NCBI GenBank assembly: GCA_965237955.1
Contig: OZ250169.1
Location: 2,400,001 to 2,464,000 of the forward strand
DNA: 64,000 bases
Direction: 5' to 3'
From: Candidatus Marinacidobacterales bacterium
Lineage (GTDB): Bacteria; Acidobacteriota; Vicinamibacteria; Marinacidobacterales; SMYC01
Shown here: piece by piece, positions 18,031 through 27,855 of the stretch
Layout: the number at the start of each line of letters is the position of its first letter
How positions within the stretch are numbered: the stretch's first letter is position 1
Translations under genes and position numbers: made by a program
The notes under the pieces: model-generated
Databases searched by the model: none
What the model saw: only the letters and a program-made list of their open reading frames with translations
Told to the model about the DNA's origin: nothing

Positions 18031-18288
18031 CTAGCGTTTGCGCGATTTTTTCTTGGAGGGCTTTTTCTTCGTCGCTTTCTTGCGTTTTTTCGAAGATGTG
18101 GACGTGGCTCGCAACGTGTCTGGGTTCTTGATCGCGTACTCGTTGCTGCGGAGAAGCGACTCGCGCATCTGCTCCTCGGTTAGACCAAAGTTCATCGCCT
18201 GGTTGTAGGATTCGAGCCCGCCGGCGTCGGGGGGTCTCCCGAGAATCCTCATGTACGCTTGCGTGATCACGGGACTGAAATCGGGCAC
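18031..18288 (-). CDS. Small protein: DUF4214-like module plus Lys-rich tail
   Basis: GGAGGA RBS before GTG 18288; AYMRILGRPPDAGGL...LLRSNEY followed by SSKKRKKATKKKPSKKKSRKR. Confidence 0.75.
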   Translation of the reverse strand: MPDFSPVITQAYMRILGRPPDAGGLESYNQAMNFGLTEEQMRESLLRSNEYAIKNPDTLRATSTSSKKRKKATKKKPSKKKSRKR

Positions 18289-18440
18289 GGACCGTCCTCC
18301 TCGTGAAGTTTTAGGGATGTTCACCGAGCGCACCAGGCAGGCGAGACACATGAAGTCGTCCTCTATTCAGCGCGCTTGATTGTGGAGAGACTATACACGA
18401 AGAAACGTCGCTTTTACCAAGTGAAGCGAACGTGCGAGGC

Positions 18441-19370
18441 TCAGCGAGCCGGCATTCGAATGCGAAGTGCGCGCGGCTTCACGTCGAAGCGCGCGGGGAG
18501 ATGGCCAGGCGATTCACCATCGACCTCGACGCGTACCAATTGGCTCGCGTCCGTCGGCGCGGCCTCGAGGTAGCTCACCGGCCCGTGCTCGAGTTCGGAA
18601 ACGCCGAGGTGAGCACCCCAATACATCAGCGGCGCGCTGCCAAGGAGCTTGAGAATCGACATCTTCTTCACGAGGATCAGTTGCAGCTTCCCGTCGGTGA
18701 GATCAGCCGCCGGCGCCATCTTCATGCCGCCGCCGAAGAACCGTCCGTTGTGCAGGGAGACGGTCGTTACCCGAAGACGATGCTCAGTGCCGTTTCTGGT
18801 GAGCTGCACTTCGGGAAAGTCGAACTGAAGGGCAGCGGCCACGGTATGGCGCGCGTAGCTGACTCCGGACTTCTTCGATCGATTGGCGCGGTACGCGACT
18901 TCGCCGCTCAGACCGAACGACGCGGAGTTCACGAAGCTTCGCTCACTTCCGTCCGCGAATCTAACCCGCCCCACGTCGATGGAAATAGTTTTTCCGTCAC
19001 GGAGGCCGCGAGCCGCGTCTGCCAGCCGGGTCGGCATCGACAACGAGCGGATGAAATCAGCGCCGGTCCCGTGGGGCAAAACGCCGAGCTCGCAACCCGA
19101 CCCGGACGCGCCCGCCGCCAGGATGCCGCGTGCTGCTTCGGAAATCGTCCCGTCCCCTCCGAACGTGAGGAGGAAGCGCCGTCCGCCCTCCACCTCTTCT
19201 CGCGCCAGCTCCGCTGCGTGGCCGGGCGCCTCGGTGAACCGCCGCTCGAACGGGCCGAAGTGGGCGCTTAGCGTCGAGGCCGCCTGTGCCCAGTCGCGCG
19301 CGCCGGCACCCCCGCGAGAGGCCGGGTTCACGATGACGAGAGGCAGGGTTTTTTCGCCCGTCTTGCCCAT
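18441..19370 (-). CDS. Diacylglycerol/lipid kinase family protein (YegS/DAGK-like)
   Basis: IVNPASRGG, GGDGTISE, LPHGTGADF, NGRFFGGGM, EVDGE. Confidence 0.92.
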   Translation of the reverse strand: MGKTGEKTLPLVIVNPASRGGAGARDWAQAASTLSAHFGPFERRFTEAPGHAAELAREEVEGGRRFLLTFGGDGTISEAARGILAAGASGSGCELGVLPHGTGADFIRSLSMPTRLADAARGLRDGKTISIDVGRVRFADGSERSFVNSASFGLSGEVAYRANRSKKSGVSYARHTVAAALQFDFPEVQLTRNGTEHRLRVTTVSLHNGRFFGGGMKMAPAADLTDGKLQLILVKKMSILKLLGSAPLMYWGAHLGVSELEHGPVSYLEAAPTDASQLVRVEVDGESPGHLPARFDVKPRALRIRMPAR

Positions 19371-19459
19371 CGGGGACGATTGTACCAGGCTAAACTGTGC
19401 TAGAGTGGCACTTCCGTCCGTCGGCCCGCAGCTGATGGCGCCGTGCGAGGAGGAGATTT

Positions 19460-20239
19460 TTGGGCGTCAAGGCGACCACGCTGCCCCAACCACCGGGGTT
19501 GAGAGAGCTTCTGCGGGCGATCGCCGTCGCTCTCAGCAAGTTCGTCGCCGGGGTGTTCGGTTTCGCCCGCGATAGCATCGCCCGGGGCATCATCCGGGCA
19601 GGGATCCCGGTGAACGCGGTGACCCTTACCGGCCCGGTCGCGGTGTCGCTCATCTTTATGCCGATGTACTTCGGCAAGCAGTGGCTCGGTGGCCTGGTGC
19701 TCATAGCGGCGGGCGCGTTCGACATGCTCGATGGCGCGGTCGCGCGGATTTCCCGCGGCTCGACCACGTTCGGTGGGTTCTTGGACTCGGTCACCGATCG
19801 GTACACGGACCTTCTGATGCTCTTCGGTATCCTCGTGTACCTGCTTCGGTACGTGCATGGACCGTACCGGACACTCTATCTCGTCTTGTGGGGCTTCACC
19901 GTCGCGGGCACGGCGACGACCTCGTACATGCGAGCTCGCGCCGAGACCGAGATACGAGAATGCAAAGTCGGCTTCATGGAGCGGGCCGAGCGTACGGTCA
20001 CCATTATCATTGGCCTCCTTGCGGGGAACGTCCACATCACCCTGTGGATTCTCGCGTTCTTCTCGAACCTCATCAGCATCCAACGGATCCTCTACACTCG
20101 CATGGTGATGTCGGGTCGCGAGCCCAAGGGACAGTTCTGGCTGTGGCGCTACCCGCGTCTCACCGCACCGCATTTCACGCTGTGCGCCGCACTGATCCTC
20201 TTTCTCGTCATCGGGCACTTCGTCATCCCGCGCCCTTGA
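19460..20239 (+). CDS. CDP-alcohol phosphatidyltransferase (PI/PIP-synthase-like)
   Basis: FDMLDGAVAR...FGGFLDSVTDRYTD signature, SYMRARAE, GFMERAER, several TM helices. Start uncertain. Confidence 0.88.
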   Translation: MGVKATTLPQPPGLRELLRAIAVALSKFVAGVFGFARDSIARGIIRAGIPVNAVTLTGPVAVSLIFMPMYFGKQWLGGLVLIAAGAFDMLDGAVARISRGSTTFGGFLDSVTDRYTDLLMLFGILVYLLRYVHGPYRTLYLVLWGFTVAGTATTSYMRARAETEIRECKVGFMERAERTVTIIIGLLAGNVHITLWILAFFSNLISIQRILYTRMVMSGREPKGQFWLWRYPRLTAPHFTLCAALILFLVIGHFVIPRP

Positions 20240-20244
20240 GCCGG

Positions 20245-20448
20245 GTGACCTGGGGAGGAGGCGTCAAGTTCTTTGCGAGCCCGCACTTCGGGGTCAACGT
20301 CATGGGGCGTTGGACACCGACTTATATCAAATCGGATCCGGGCGGCATCTGGTGCAGTCCGTTTTGGCCCGGCGGGTGCTGGCAGCTCTCCGACCCCGAT
20401 TGTGCCAACCAGCTCGAGTTCGCGGTCGGAGTCACGTTCCGTTTCTGA
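20245..20448 (+). pseudogene. C-terminal remnant of an outer-membrane beta-barrel protein
   Basis: Start-less frame TWGGGVKFFASPHFGVNVMGRWTPTYI...NQLEFAVGVTFRF* with amphipathic strands and a terminal Phe. Confidence 0.6.
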
Positions 20449-20468
20449 TGAGGGGCGCCCGGTCGCCG

Positions 20469-21146
20469 TCAAGCTCGACGGTGGGCGCAATCGCTCAGAA
20501 TGCGGCACGAGCGGGTCGTGTTGAAGATGCCGCACGTGCAAAACCGCGCCATGTAGGCCGAAGCGACCTCTGGGCTCCGGCGTCCGCCTTTGACCCAGTC
20601 GATCATTTTCTTCGCGAAGTTGAACGAAATCATCCCGTGCCCGCACATGGTTGCCAGGGACAAGGTGGCGCGATCGGGAAGCTTGTCCAGCGCGCCAAAA
20701 AAACCGAGCGAGTACTCAACGCTGTGGCGGGTGATCCCAGCGTCTTTGGCGAGCTCGTCGGCACGATCGGTGAGTGCGCTGATGTTGATCGACAGGCCGA
20801 GCTCGGCGGCTTTCACCTCCACGAGAAACGCCGTGAGCGCGTCGGGATTGTCGAACACGGCCGAGACCACGGTCGGTTGGTCCACGTTTTTCACGAGGCT
20901 ATCGGGATCGCGCTCGTCTTTTCGAAACCAATGTGCCAGAGGGTTGAGTTTTTTCGATGGCCGATAAACGGCGCCTTTGGTCGCGTCGCCGAGGTTGATC
21001 GGACCGTGTTTGCGTGCGAGGTTGAGGAATTTCTGGAACTTTTCGACAGAGCCCTCGTCATTGATGCCGCGGGAGGCCATCGCGAACACGATGAAGTCGT
21101 CCTCGAGCGTTTCCGGCGCGCCGTAACGGTGTAGTGTATTCGTCAT
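20469..21146 (-). CDS. Conserved hypothetical Cys-containing protein (partner of the adjacent Fe-S protein)
   Basis: MTNTLHRYG...DDFIVFAM...TMCGHGMISF...CTCGIFNTTR; cotranscribed with the upstream Fe-S gene. Confidence 0.7.
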   Translation of the reverse strand: MTNTLHRYGAPETLEDDFIVFAMASRGINDEGSVEKFQKFLNLARKHGPINLGDATKGAVYRPSKKLNPLAHWFRKDERDPDSLVKNVDQPTVVSAVFDNPDALTAFLVEVKAAELGLSINISALTDRADELAKDAGITRHSVEYSLGFFGALDKLPDRATLSLATMCGHGMISFNFAKKMIDWVKGGRRSPEVASAYMARFCTCGIFNTTRSCRILSDCAHRRA

Positions 21147-21177
21147 AGAGGCGCCATCGGCCATCGGCGATCAGCCA

Positions 21178-21984
21178 TCAGCTCGTCTCTGGGGCGCGGC
21201 CGAGGCCGAGGTTGGTTTTGCCGCGCCAGTAGGCGAAGCCTTCGTCAGCAAGGACTTTTTCGAGGGCGCTCCCGCCGTCGTCGTCGCAGCGGGTGGAGAC
21301 GCCGATGGAGATGATGGTGTCGAGCGTCTTCGCGACGTCGGTCAAAAGAAGCAGGATTTCCGGCACCCGAGCCATCGTGGTCTTGGTCTCGACGATCGCC
21401 GACAACACGCGCTCGTCGAGTATGTCTTCGCGAATCCGACCGGTTCTGGGGTCGGTCATCAAATGCGTGACCGGGTTGTTCGCCTCGAAGCTCACACCGG
21501 CGGCGGCGAGGGCTTGGGTCACCGTGGAGATGTCCCGGAACCGCACCGAGACGGTAGGGCGGCCGAACTCGATGGTGAAGCCCGCCTCACCTTCGCTTAC
21601 CCGGTGGGTCACATCGTTGGTTTTGACTTCTTCCGTGCCCCGACCGTGGATCCCGGTCGACTCGTGCGGCACGAGCGGGTCGGAGAACGCGCGTCGGACG
21701 GCGCGAGGCCAGGCGAGCTCCTGCGGCTCGATGGCTGCCGTTGGGCAGACGTCGGGCTCGGGGTCGAAGCGGACCCGGAACCAGCTGAAGACTTTCCGGA
21801 CGGTTCTTACGAGCTTCGGGTTGAGATGCTCCGTCGATAGCCCCCGATAGCAGGCGAAGCACTCGACGCAGCGGTCCTGGTCCACCACCGCCCGGTCGAT
21901 GGCTGGGTCGATGTCGATGGCCCCCACGGGGCAGATGGCGACGCAATTCCCGCACGCCACGCACCGATCGGTCGAAATCTTCAC
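21178..21984 (-). CDS. 4Fe-4S dicluster protein with uncharacterised C-terminal domain
   Basis: CVACGNCVAICP and CVECFAC...CPTAAI; GRGTEEVKTNDVT; GTG start at 21984. Confidence 0.82.
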   Translation of the reverse strand: MKISTDRCVACGNCVAICPVGAIDIDPAIDRAVVDQDRCVECFACYRGLSTEHLNPKLVRTVRKVFSWFRVRFDPEPDVCPTAAIEPQELAWPRAVRRAFSDPLVPHESTGIHGRGTEEVKTNDVTHRVSEGEAGFTIEFGRPTVSVRFRDISTVTQALAAAGVSFEANNPVTHLMTDPRTGRIREDILDERVLSAIVETKTTMARVPEILLLLTDVAKTLDTIISIGVSTRCDDDGGSALEKVLADEGFAYWRGKTNLGLGRAPETS

Positions 21985-22129
21985 GAAGCGGATTATATAA
22001 CGGGGCTTTTCTTGTCGGGGCCTTGTCGGGGCTTGTTGGGCCTTGGCGGTGAGCTTGCGCCGCGACCCGCGCTGCGGCACAATTGAGGGCTTTCGTAACC
22101 CTTATTTATCGAACCCCTCAGGAGAACCG

Positions 22130-23485
22130 ATGGCCAAGGAAACACCATTCGATATCGCACCGCCGGACGGCAAGCTCGCCGTTTTGCTGCCGGGTCTCGG
22201 CGCCGTAAGCACGACCTTTATCGCCGGCGTCCACGCCATACGCAAAGGCCTCGCCAAGCCCATCGGCTCGCTCACCCAAATGGGGACCATCCGGCTCGGA
22301 AAGCGGACGGAAAATCGCCGGCCGACCATCCGCGAGCTCGTGCCCCTCAGCAACCTGTCCAATTTGTCCTTTGCGGCCTGGGACATCTTCGAAGAAGACG
22401 CGTACCAGTCGGCCATCCATGCGGGAGTGCTCGAGAGGACGCTCCTCGACTCGCTCAAAGACGAGCTCGAGCAGATCCGGCCTCTCAAAGCGGTCTTCGA
22501 CCAGAACTACGTGAAAAAGCTCAACGGAACCCACGTCAACAAGGGCGAAAACAAGATGGATCTCGCCGAGCAGCTGATGGAGGATATCGCTCGGGTCAAG
22601 AAAGAGATCGGTGCTGAGCGCGCCGTCATGATCTGGTGCGCCTCGACGGAGACGTTTTTGAGTCCGAGCGACGTCCACAAGGACGTGGACGCTTTCGAAC
22701 AAGGCCTTCGGGAGAGCTCGGAGGCGATTGCCCCCAGCATGATCTACGCCTATGCCGCCCTCAAGAGCGGTGTTCCGTTCGCGAACGGGGCACCGAATCT
22801 CACCGTCGACGTGCCCGCGCTCGCCCAGCTCGCCTCGGACAAAGGCGTTCCCATCGGCGGCAAGGACTTCAAGACCGGGCAAACGCTGATGAAAACGATC
22901 CTCGCACCGGGTTTGAAAGCGCGGATGCTGGGACTGTCGGGTTGGTTTTCCTCCAACATCCTCGGCAATCGCGACGGCGAAGTTCTCGACGATCCGGGCT
23001 CGTTCAAAACGAAGGAAGAGTCGAAGCTCTCCGTGCTCGAGTACATCCTGCAACCCGAGCTGTATCCAGACCTCTACGGCGACTTCTACCACAAGGTCCG
23101 GATCAACTATTACCCGCCCCGCGGTGACAACAAAGAGGGCTGGGACAGCATCGACATCTTCGGTTGGCTCGGTTACCCGATGCAGATCAAAGTCGACTTC
23201 CTGTGCCGCGACTCGATCCTGGCGGCTCCGCTCGTTCTCGACCTCGCGCTGTTTTTCGACCTGGCGCAGCGAGCGAACTTCAAGGGAGTTCAGGAGTGGC
23301 TGTCGTTCTACTTCAAGAGCCCGATGGCTCCCCAGGGGCTCTACCCGGAGCACGACCTCTTTATTCAGCTGACCAAGCTGAAGAACACGCTGCGCTACCT
23401 GATGGGCGAGGATCAGATTACCCACTTGGGCGAGTACGTCTTGGAGCACGACCGGTCACCGAAGGGCGAGCTCGTCTCGGAATAG
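22130..23485 (+). CDS. ino1: myo-inositol-1-phosphate synthase
   Basis: GLGAVSTT, NGAPNL, GKDFKTGQT, NILGNRDG, YYPPRGDNKEGWD, CRDSILAAP, LSFYFKSP; GGAG RBS. Confidence 0.93.
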   Translation: MAKETPFDIAPPDGKLAVLLPGLGAVSTTFIAGVHAIRKGLAKPIGSLTQMGTIRLGKRTENRRPTIRELVPLSNLSNLSFAAWDIFEEDAYQSAIHAGVLERTLLDSLKDELEQIRPLKAVFDQNYVKKLNGTHVNKGENKMDLAEQLMEDIARVKKEIGAERAVMIWCASTETFLSPSDVHKDVDAFEQGLRESSEAIAPSMIYAYAALKSGVPFANGAPNLTVDVPALAQLASDKGVPIGGKDFKTGQTLMKTILAPGLKARMLGLSGWFSSNILGNRDGEVLDDPGSFKTKEESKLSVLEYILQPELYPDLYGDFYHKVRINYYPPRGDNKEGWDSIDIFGWLGYPMQIKVDFLCRDSILAAPLVLDLALFFDLAQRANFKGVQEWLSFYFKSPMAPQGLYPEHDLFIQLTKLKNTLRYLMGEDQITHLGEYVLEHDRSPKGELVSE

Positions 23486-23534
23486 AAGCGATCCCGGGTT
23501 GTGCTAATCTTGTAACTAGAGGCAGATAGAGCGA

Positions 23535-25175
23535 ATGGGACGGTTCCGATTCGTCGCCGTGTGCGTGGCGCTCCCGCTCTTTCTCGGCGCCCAGACGCCG
23601 CCCAAGGAAATCTCGGTCATCTCCGACGCCGGCCCCGGGAGCATCCCCATCAGCGAGTTCGGCGGGGTCGAGATGATCCCCATCCGTGGCATCGCAAGCT
23701 TCGTGGGCGCCACCGTGCGTCCCGCTTCCGAGCGGGGAGCGGTGACGATGTCGGCGAACGGGAAGATCGCGCGCGTCTCCGATGGGCGAAACTTCGTTCC
23801 GGTGGAAGGCCGGCTTGTGCTGCTCCAGTCGCCGGCGCGGCTCGTCGGCGACGAGTGGTTCGTCCCGCTCGATTTCGTGACGAAGGTATTACCGGCGCTC
23901 TCGAGCGAAGCCGTCTTGTTCCGAGAGAGCGAACGGATGCTCGTGCTCGGATCGAGTTTCCCGCGGATTCGAATCCGTACCCGGCACGATCCGACCTTCA
24001 CCCGAGTTGCGATCGAGTCCGATCGCCCGGTGTCGATGACGCACTCGGTGGATGAAGACGCGATTCGGGTCCGGATCGACACACCGTTTCTGAGCACGAG
24101 CTTCCGTGAGGAAGAAATTCGTGATGACGTCGTCGAGCGGATCACGCTCGAGCGTGACGAGCCCGGCTACGTCGTCACCGTCTATCTCGGTGAACGCTTC
24201 GGAGAGTTGAAAACGGACGCCCGCCATCCACGAGACACGTTGGTTCTCGATCTGGTTCGGAGTCGGGTTCCTACGCGGGCCGTCCGCACAGTAGACGAAG
24301 TAGAGTGGGATCTCTCCAAGGAACAGTACGAAAACGAAGGTGAAGCCGGTGAAGCCATTGAAAAAAGCCCAGACGGAGAGCCCGGCGAAGACGACGAGGA
24401 TGCGCCGAACCCGGACGCCGAGGAGATCTTCCGGAACGAGGGCACGCATTATCTGCCCGATGCTCCGCCCGTGCTTCCGCCAGCGACCGTTGGTCCAGAG
24501 CAACTCCGTATCGTGACCCTCGACGCCGGCCATGGGGGAGCGGAAACCGGAGCCGAAGGCGAGGGCGGCGCCGTGGAGAAAGACGTCGTGTTGTCGATCG
24601 CGCGACGGTTTCGCGGCATGCTTCAAGAGCGGCTTGGTGTCCGCGTGATTTTGACTCGGGATGGGGATCGAAATCTCTCGCTCGACGAGCGCGCCGCGAT
24701 CGCCAACAGCAACAAATCGAATTTGTTCCTCAGCATACATGCGGACGCGTCGCCGAGGCGAAACGCTCGGGGGTCGTCGGTGTACTTCCTTTCGCATACC
24801 TCGGCGCCCGCGAACCCATCTTCTTCCGGCGGCGGCGACTTGGACTTCATTTTCTGGAACATGGCGCAGACCGCGCATCTGAAGCAATCGTCGAGGCTTG
24901 CGGAGATCTTGCAAGATGAGCTCCAGGCGGTCACCGGCACCGAGCGTGTCAACCGTGGCATCAAGCAGAATTCGTTCCGCGTTTTGAAGGGTGCGACCAT
25001 GCCCGCGGTCCTCGTCGAGGTCGGCTTCATCTCCAATCCGGACGAAGAGAGGCTTCTGGTATCCCCCGCGTATCAAGACAAGTTGGCGGAAGCGCTCTAC
25101 CGCGGGATCTTGCGTTACAAAGACCTGTTCGAATATCAGAGAACCTCGGACCGCGCCCAGCGGAGCCAGAGGTGA
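23535..25175 (+). CDS. N-acetylmuramoyl-L-alanine amidase (Amidase_3) with N-terminal accessory domains
   Basis: Signal peptide; LDAGHGG, EKDVVL, ERAAIAN, FLSIHAD, PAVLVEVGFISN. Confidence 0.92.
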   Translation: MGRFRFVAVCVALPLFLGAQTPPKEISVISDAGPGSIPISEFGGVEMIPIRGIASFVGATVRPASERGAVTMSANGKIARVSDGRNFVPVEGRLVLLQSPARLVGDEWFVPLDFVTKVLPALSSEAVLFRESERMLVLGSSFPRIRIRTRHDPTFTRVAIESDRPVSMTHSVDEDAIRVRIDTPFLSTSFREEEIRDDVVERITLERDEPGYVVTVYLGERFGELKTDARHPRDTLVLDLVRSRVPTRAVRTVDEVEWDLSKEQYENEGEAGEAIEKSPDGEPGEDDEDAPNPDAEEIFRNEGTHYLPDAPPVLPPATVGPEQLRIVTLDAGHGGAETGAEGEGGAVEKDVVLSIARRFRGMLQERLGVRVILTRDGDRNLSLDERAAIANSNKSNLFLSIHADASPRRNARGSSVYFLSHTSAPANPSSSGGGDLDFIFWNMAQTAHLKQSSRLAEILQDELQAVTGTERVNRGIKQNSFRVLKGATMPAVLVEVGFISNPDEERLLVSPAYQDKLAEALYRGILRYKDLFEYQRTSDRAQRSQR

Positions 25176-25819
25176 CCAGGAAGCACGTCGCCATCGCGGC
25201 CCTCGTCGCGGTGGTGATGATCGCGAGTGCTGTGTACGCGACGTTTTGGTTGCTCGATCAGCCCGTGCCGCAAACAACGACCGCGGAGTCTTCCGGAACA
25301 GCCGGTGGTGAGGCGGGGCGTGTTCCGATTCAGTCGACGTCGGATACAAGTGATACCGAGAGCGTGTCCCGCACCATCCAGGTCAAGCTTTACGTCCTTG
25401 CGAGATCGGGGCAAAACCTGGCGACCGACGACCAGGAAATTCCACTCGAATCGTCGTTGCAACGACAGGCCAGCCAAGTCGTGAAACTACTTCTTCGTCG
25501 CTCCGCCTCCTTTCCCCGCGGCGTCGAGCTCCGAGAAGTCTTCATCACATCCCAGGGTGTGGCTTATGTGGACTTCTCTCGCGAGCTGGTCCAGAACCAT
25601 CCGGGCGGATCCTCCGCCGAGGAGCTTACGGTTTACAGCCTGTCGAACACATTGATTGCGAACTTTCCCGCCATCAAGATGGTGACAATCCTCGTGGAGG
25701 GTCGCGAGATCCAGAGTATCGCTGGACACCTGGACCTCACGATCCCTTACGGACGCGGACCCGAGTACTTGAAGCCCGCATCCGAGCGCGCCGAGTCCCG
25801 CCCCCGAGTCTCCCGATGA
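25172..25819 (+). CDS. GerMN domain protein
   Basis: N-terminal TM; [32 protein letters not shown]...GHLDL. Confidence 0.85.
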   Translation: MTRKHVAIAALVAVVMIASAVYATFWLLDQPVPQTTTAESSGTAGGEAGRVPIQSTSDTSDTESVSRTIQVKLYVLARSGQNLATDDQEIPLESSLQRQASQVVKLLLRRSASFPRGVELREVFITSQGVAYVDFSRELVQNHPGGSSAEELTVYSLSNTLIANFPAIKMVTILVEGREIQSIAGHLDLTIPYGRGPEYLKPASERAESRPRVSR

Positions 25820-26535
25820 AGCGAGTTGACGGCCGTAGCCTCGACGAGGGGCGTCCGCTCACGATCACGCCGCGCTACTTGAAGCACGCCGAGGGATCGG
25901 TACTCATCGAGGTCGGCGACACGAAAGTGATTTGTGCGGCGACTATCGAGGACCGGGTCCCGTCGTTTTTGAAGGGGAGGGGCTCCGGTTGGGTCACTGC
26001 GGAGTACGGCATGCTCCCCCGCTCGTCGCAGGAACGTATCCCGAGAGAGTCCGTACGCGGCAAGGTCTCGGGCAGGACGCAAGAGATTCAACGGCTCGTT
26101 GGACGCTCGTTGCGAGCAGTGATGGATCTGCCCAAGCTCGGTGAGCGAACGGTGTGGATCGATTGCGACGTTCTGCAAGCCGATGGCGGCACGCGTACTG
26201 CATCGATAACCGGCGCGTTCGTCGCGCTCGCGCTCGCGCTTCGTGCGCAACAGGACGCGGGGAAGCTCGCGGCCGATCCGATCAAGGATCATGTCGCCGC
26301 GACGAGCATCGGGATGCTCGATGACCAGTACCTGCTCGACCTCAACTATCACGAGGATTCGCGAGCGGACGTGGACATGAACGTCGTTATGACCGGCGCG
26401 GGGAAGTTCGTCGAAGTCCAAGGCACTGCGGAATCACGGCCGTTCTCACACGATGCGCTTCGAAAGATGCTCGAGCTCGCCGCTCGCGGTATCGACGACA
26501 TCGTGAAAACCCAACGCGACGTTCTCGAAGATTGA
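25816..26535 (+). CDS. rph: Ribonuclease PH
   Basis: [59 protein letters not shown]. Confidence 0.96.
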   Translation: MKRVDGRSLDEGRPLTITPRYLKHAEGSVLIEVGDTKVICAATIEDRVPSFLKGRGSGWVTAEYGMLPRSSQERIPRESVRGKVSGRTQEIQRLVGRSLRAVMDLPKLGERTVWIDCDVLQADGGTRTASITGAFVALALALRAQQDAGKLAADPIKDHVAATSIGMLDDQYLLDLNYHEDSRADVDMNVVMTGAGKFVEVQGTAESRPFSHDALRKMLELAARGIDDIVKTQRDVLED

Positions 26536-27136
26536 AGCTTCTTCTCGCCACCACGAGCCGCGGCAAGATTCGCGAGCAACGGGCATCCCTTGTTGAGCCT
26601 GTTGGTCTTGTTGGCTCGACATCGAGCTCGTCACGCTCGAGTCCTGGCCCAGGCTCGAGCCTCCCGTCGAGCCCGGACCCTCGTTCCTCGACAACACGAT
26701 CGTCAAAGCGCTCTACTACCATCGCGCCACTGGCCTTGTGGCCGTCGGGGAAGACTCCGGGCTCGCGATCGATGCCCTCGGCGGTGAGCCCGGGATTCGC
26801 TCTGCGCGATGGCTCGGCGATGACACGCCGTACGACATCAAGAACGCCCGCGTGCTCGAAAAACTTACCGATGTTGTCGAAGACGATCGCAGCGCTCGCT
26901 ACGTAAGTGCGGTGGCGCTCGCGGACGACGACGAGATCGCGTTCACCGCTGAGGGAATCTGCGAGGGGCGGATCGCGACCGAGTCCTCGGGCGATGGCGG
27001 CTTCGGCTACGATCCGATTTTCTTCTACCCGCCGTTCGGAGTGACGATGGCCGAGCTGTCCGCCGAGCAGAAAAACCGGATTAGCCACCGCGGCCAAGCG
27101 ATGGCGAAGCTCCGAGCGTTTCTCGCCGCGCGTTGA
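26532..27136 (+). CDS. rdgB: RdgB/HAM1 non-canonical purine NTP pyrophosphatase (frameshift near 26600-26620)
   Basis: [15 protein letters not shown] in one frame; [28 protein letters not shown] and [10 protein letters not shown] in another. Confidence 0.85.
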
Positions 27137-27161
27137 CGTGCGGCCTAAGTCCTTCTATAAT
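27133..27161 (+). promoter_or_regulatory. sigma70-type promoter of the tRNA cluster
   Basis: TTGACG-17 bp-TATAAT, 12 nt upstream of tRNA-Pro. Confidence 0.8.
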
Positions 27162-27173
27162 GGCAAGTTCCCT

Positions 27174-27251
<78 letters not shown>

Positions 27252-27284
27252 ACTGTATTAAAGTTCGGCGCGAAGCGCTGCGGT

Positions 27285-27476
27285 GCACCGACCCTCCCTC
27301 TCCCCTAGGAGGGGAGAGGGCCTGGGGTGAGGGGTGGTGTTGGAGGGTGCTTTTGAGGGTTAGAGAAGTGGGATTGCGGACCGAGATGGATCTGGACATC
27401 CCCCTCACTCAATCCCTCTCCCCCTGTGGGGGCGAGGGTTAGATCGTGCGATGCGAGCTGGCTCGCATCGGTCTTT
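27285..27476. repeat. Palindromic REP-like spacer, copy 1
   Basis: CCCTCTCCCCTAGGAGGGGAGAGGG hairpin, an opposed second unit, then GATGCGAGC..GCTCGCATC-GGTCTTT; repeated at 27589-27768. Confidence 0.85.
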
Positions 27477-27484
27477 GTTAGTTT

Positions 27485-27561
27485 GCGCCAGTAGCTCAGT
27501 TGGATAGAGCGCCGGCCTTCTAAGCCGGATGTCGGGGGTTCGAATCCTCCCTGGCGTACCA
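27485..27561 (+). tRNA. tRNA-Arg(TCT)
   Basis: Cloverleaf, anticodon loop CT-TCT-AA, CCA end. Confidence 0.96.
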
Positions 27562-27588
27562 GTGAAAAAGGACGGCGCCGTAGGCGCC

Positions 27589-27768
27589 GCACCGACCCTC
27601 CCTCTCCCCTAGGAGGGGAGAGGGCCGGGGGTGAGGGGTGCTTTTGAGGGTTAGAGGAGTGGGAATCTGGATCTGGACATTCCCCTCACCCAATTCCTCT
27701 CGGTCAAGATTGGCAGGTGGGGGAGAGGGTTAACTTGTGCGATGCGAGCGGAGCTCGCATCGGTCTTT
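27589..27768. repeat. Palindromic REP-like spacer, copy 2
   Basis: Diverged direct repeat of 27285-27476. Confidence 0.85.
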
Positions 27769-27775
27769 TACTTAT

Positions 27776-27851
27776 GGTGGGTGTAGCTCAATGGTAGAGC
27801 ACCGGATTGTGGTTCCGGGGGTTGTGGGTTCGAGCCCCATCATCCACCCCA
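27776..27851 (+). tRNA. tRNA-His(GTG)
   Basis: G-1 plus GTGGGTG stem, anticodon loop TT-GTG-GT, C discriminator and CCA. Confidence 0.95.
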
Positions 27852-27855
27852 AGGC

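Noticed and set aside
27285-27768. Possible CRISPR array
   Set aside because: Only two long degenerate copies separated by a tRNA; no short repeat-spacer periodicity and no cas genes.
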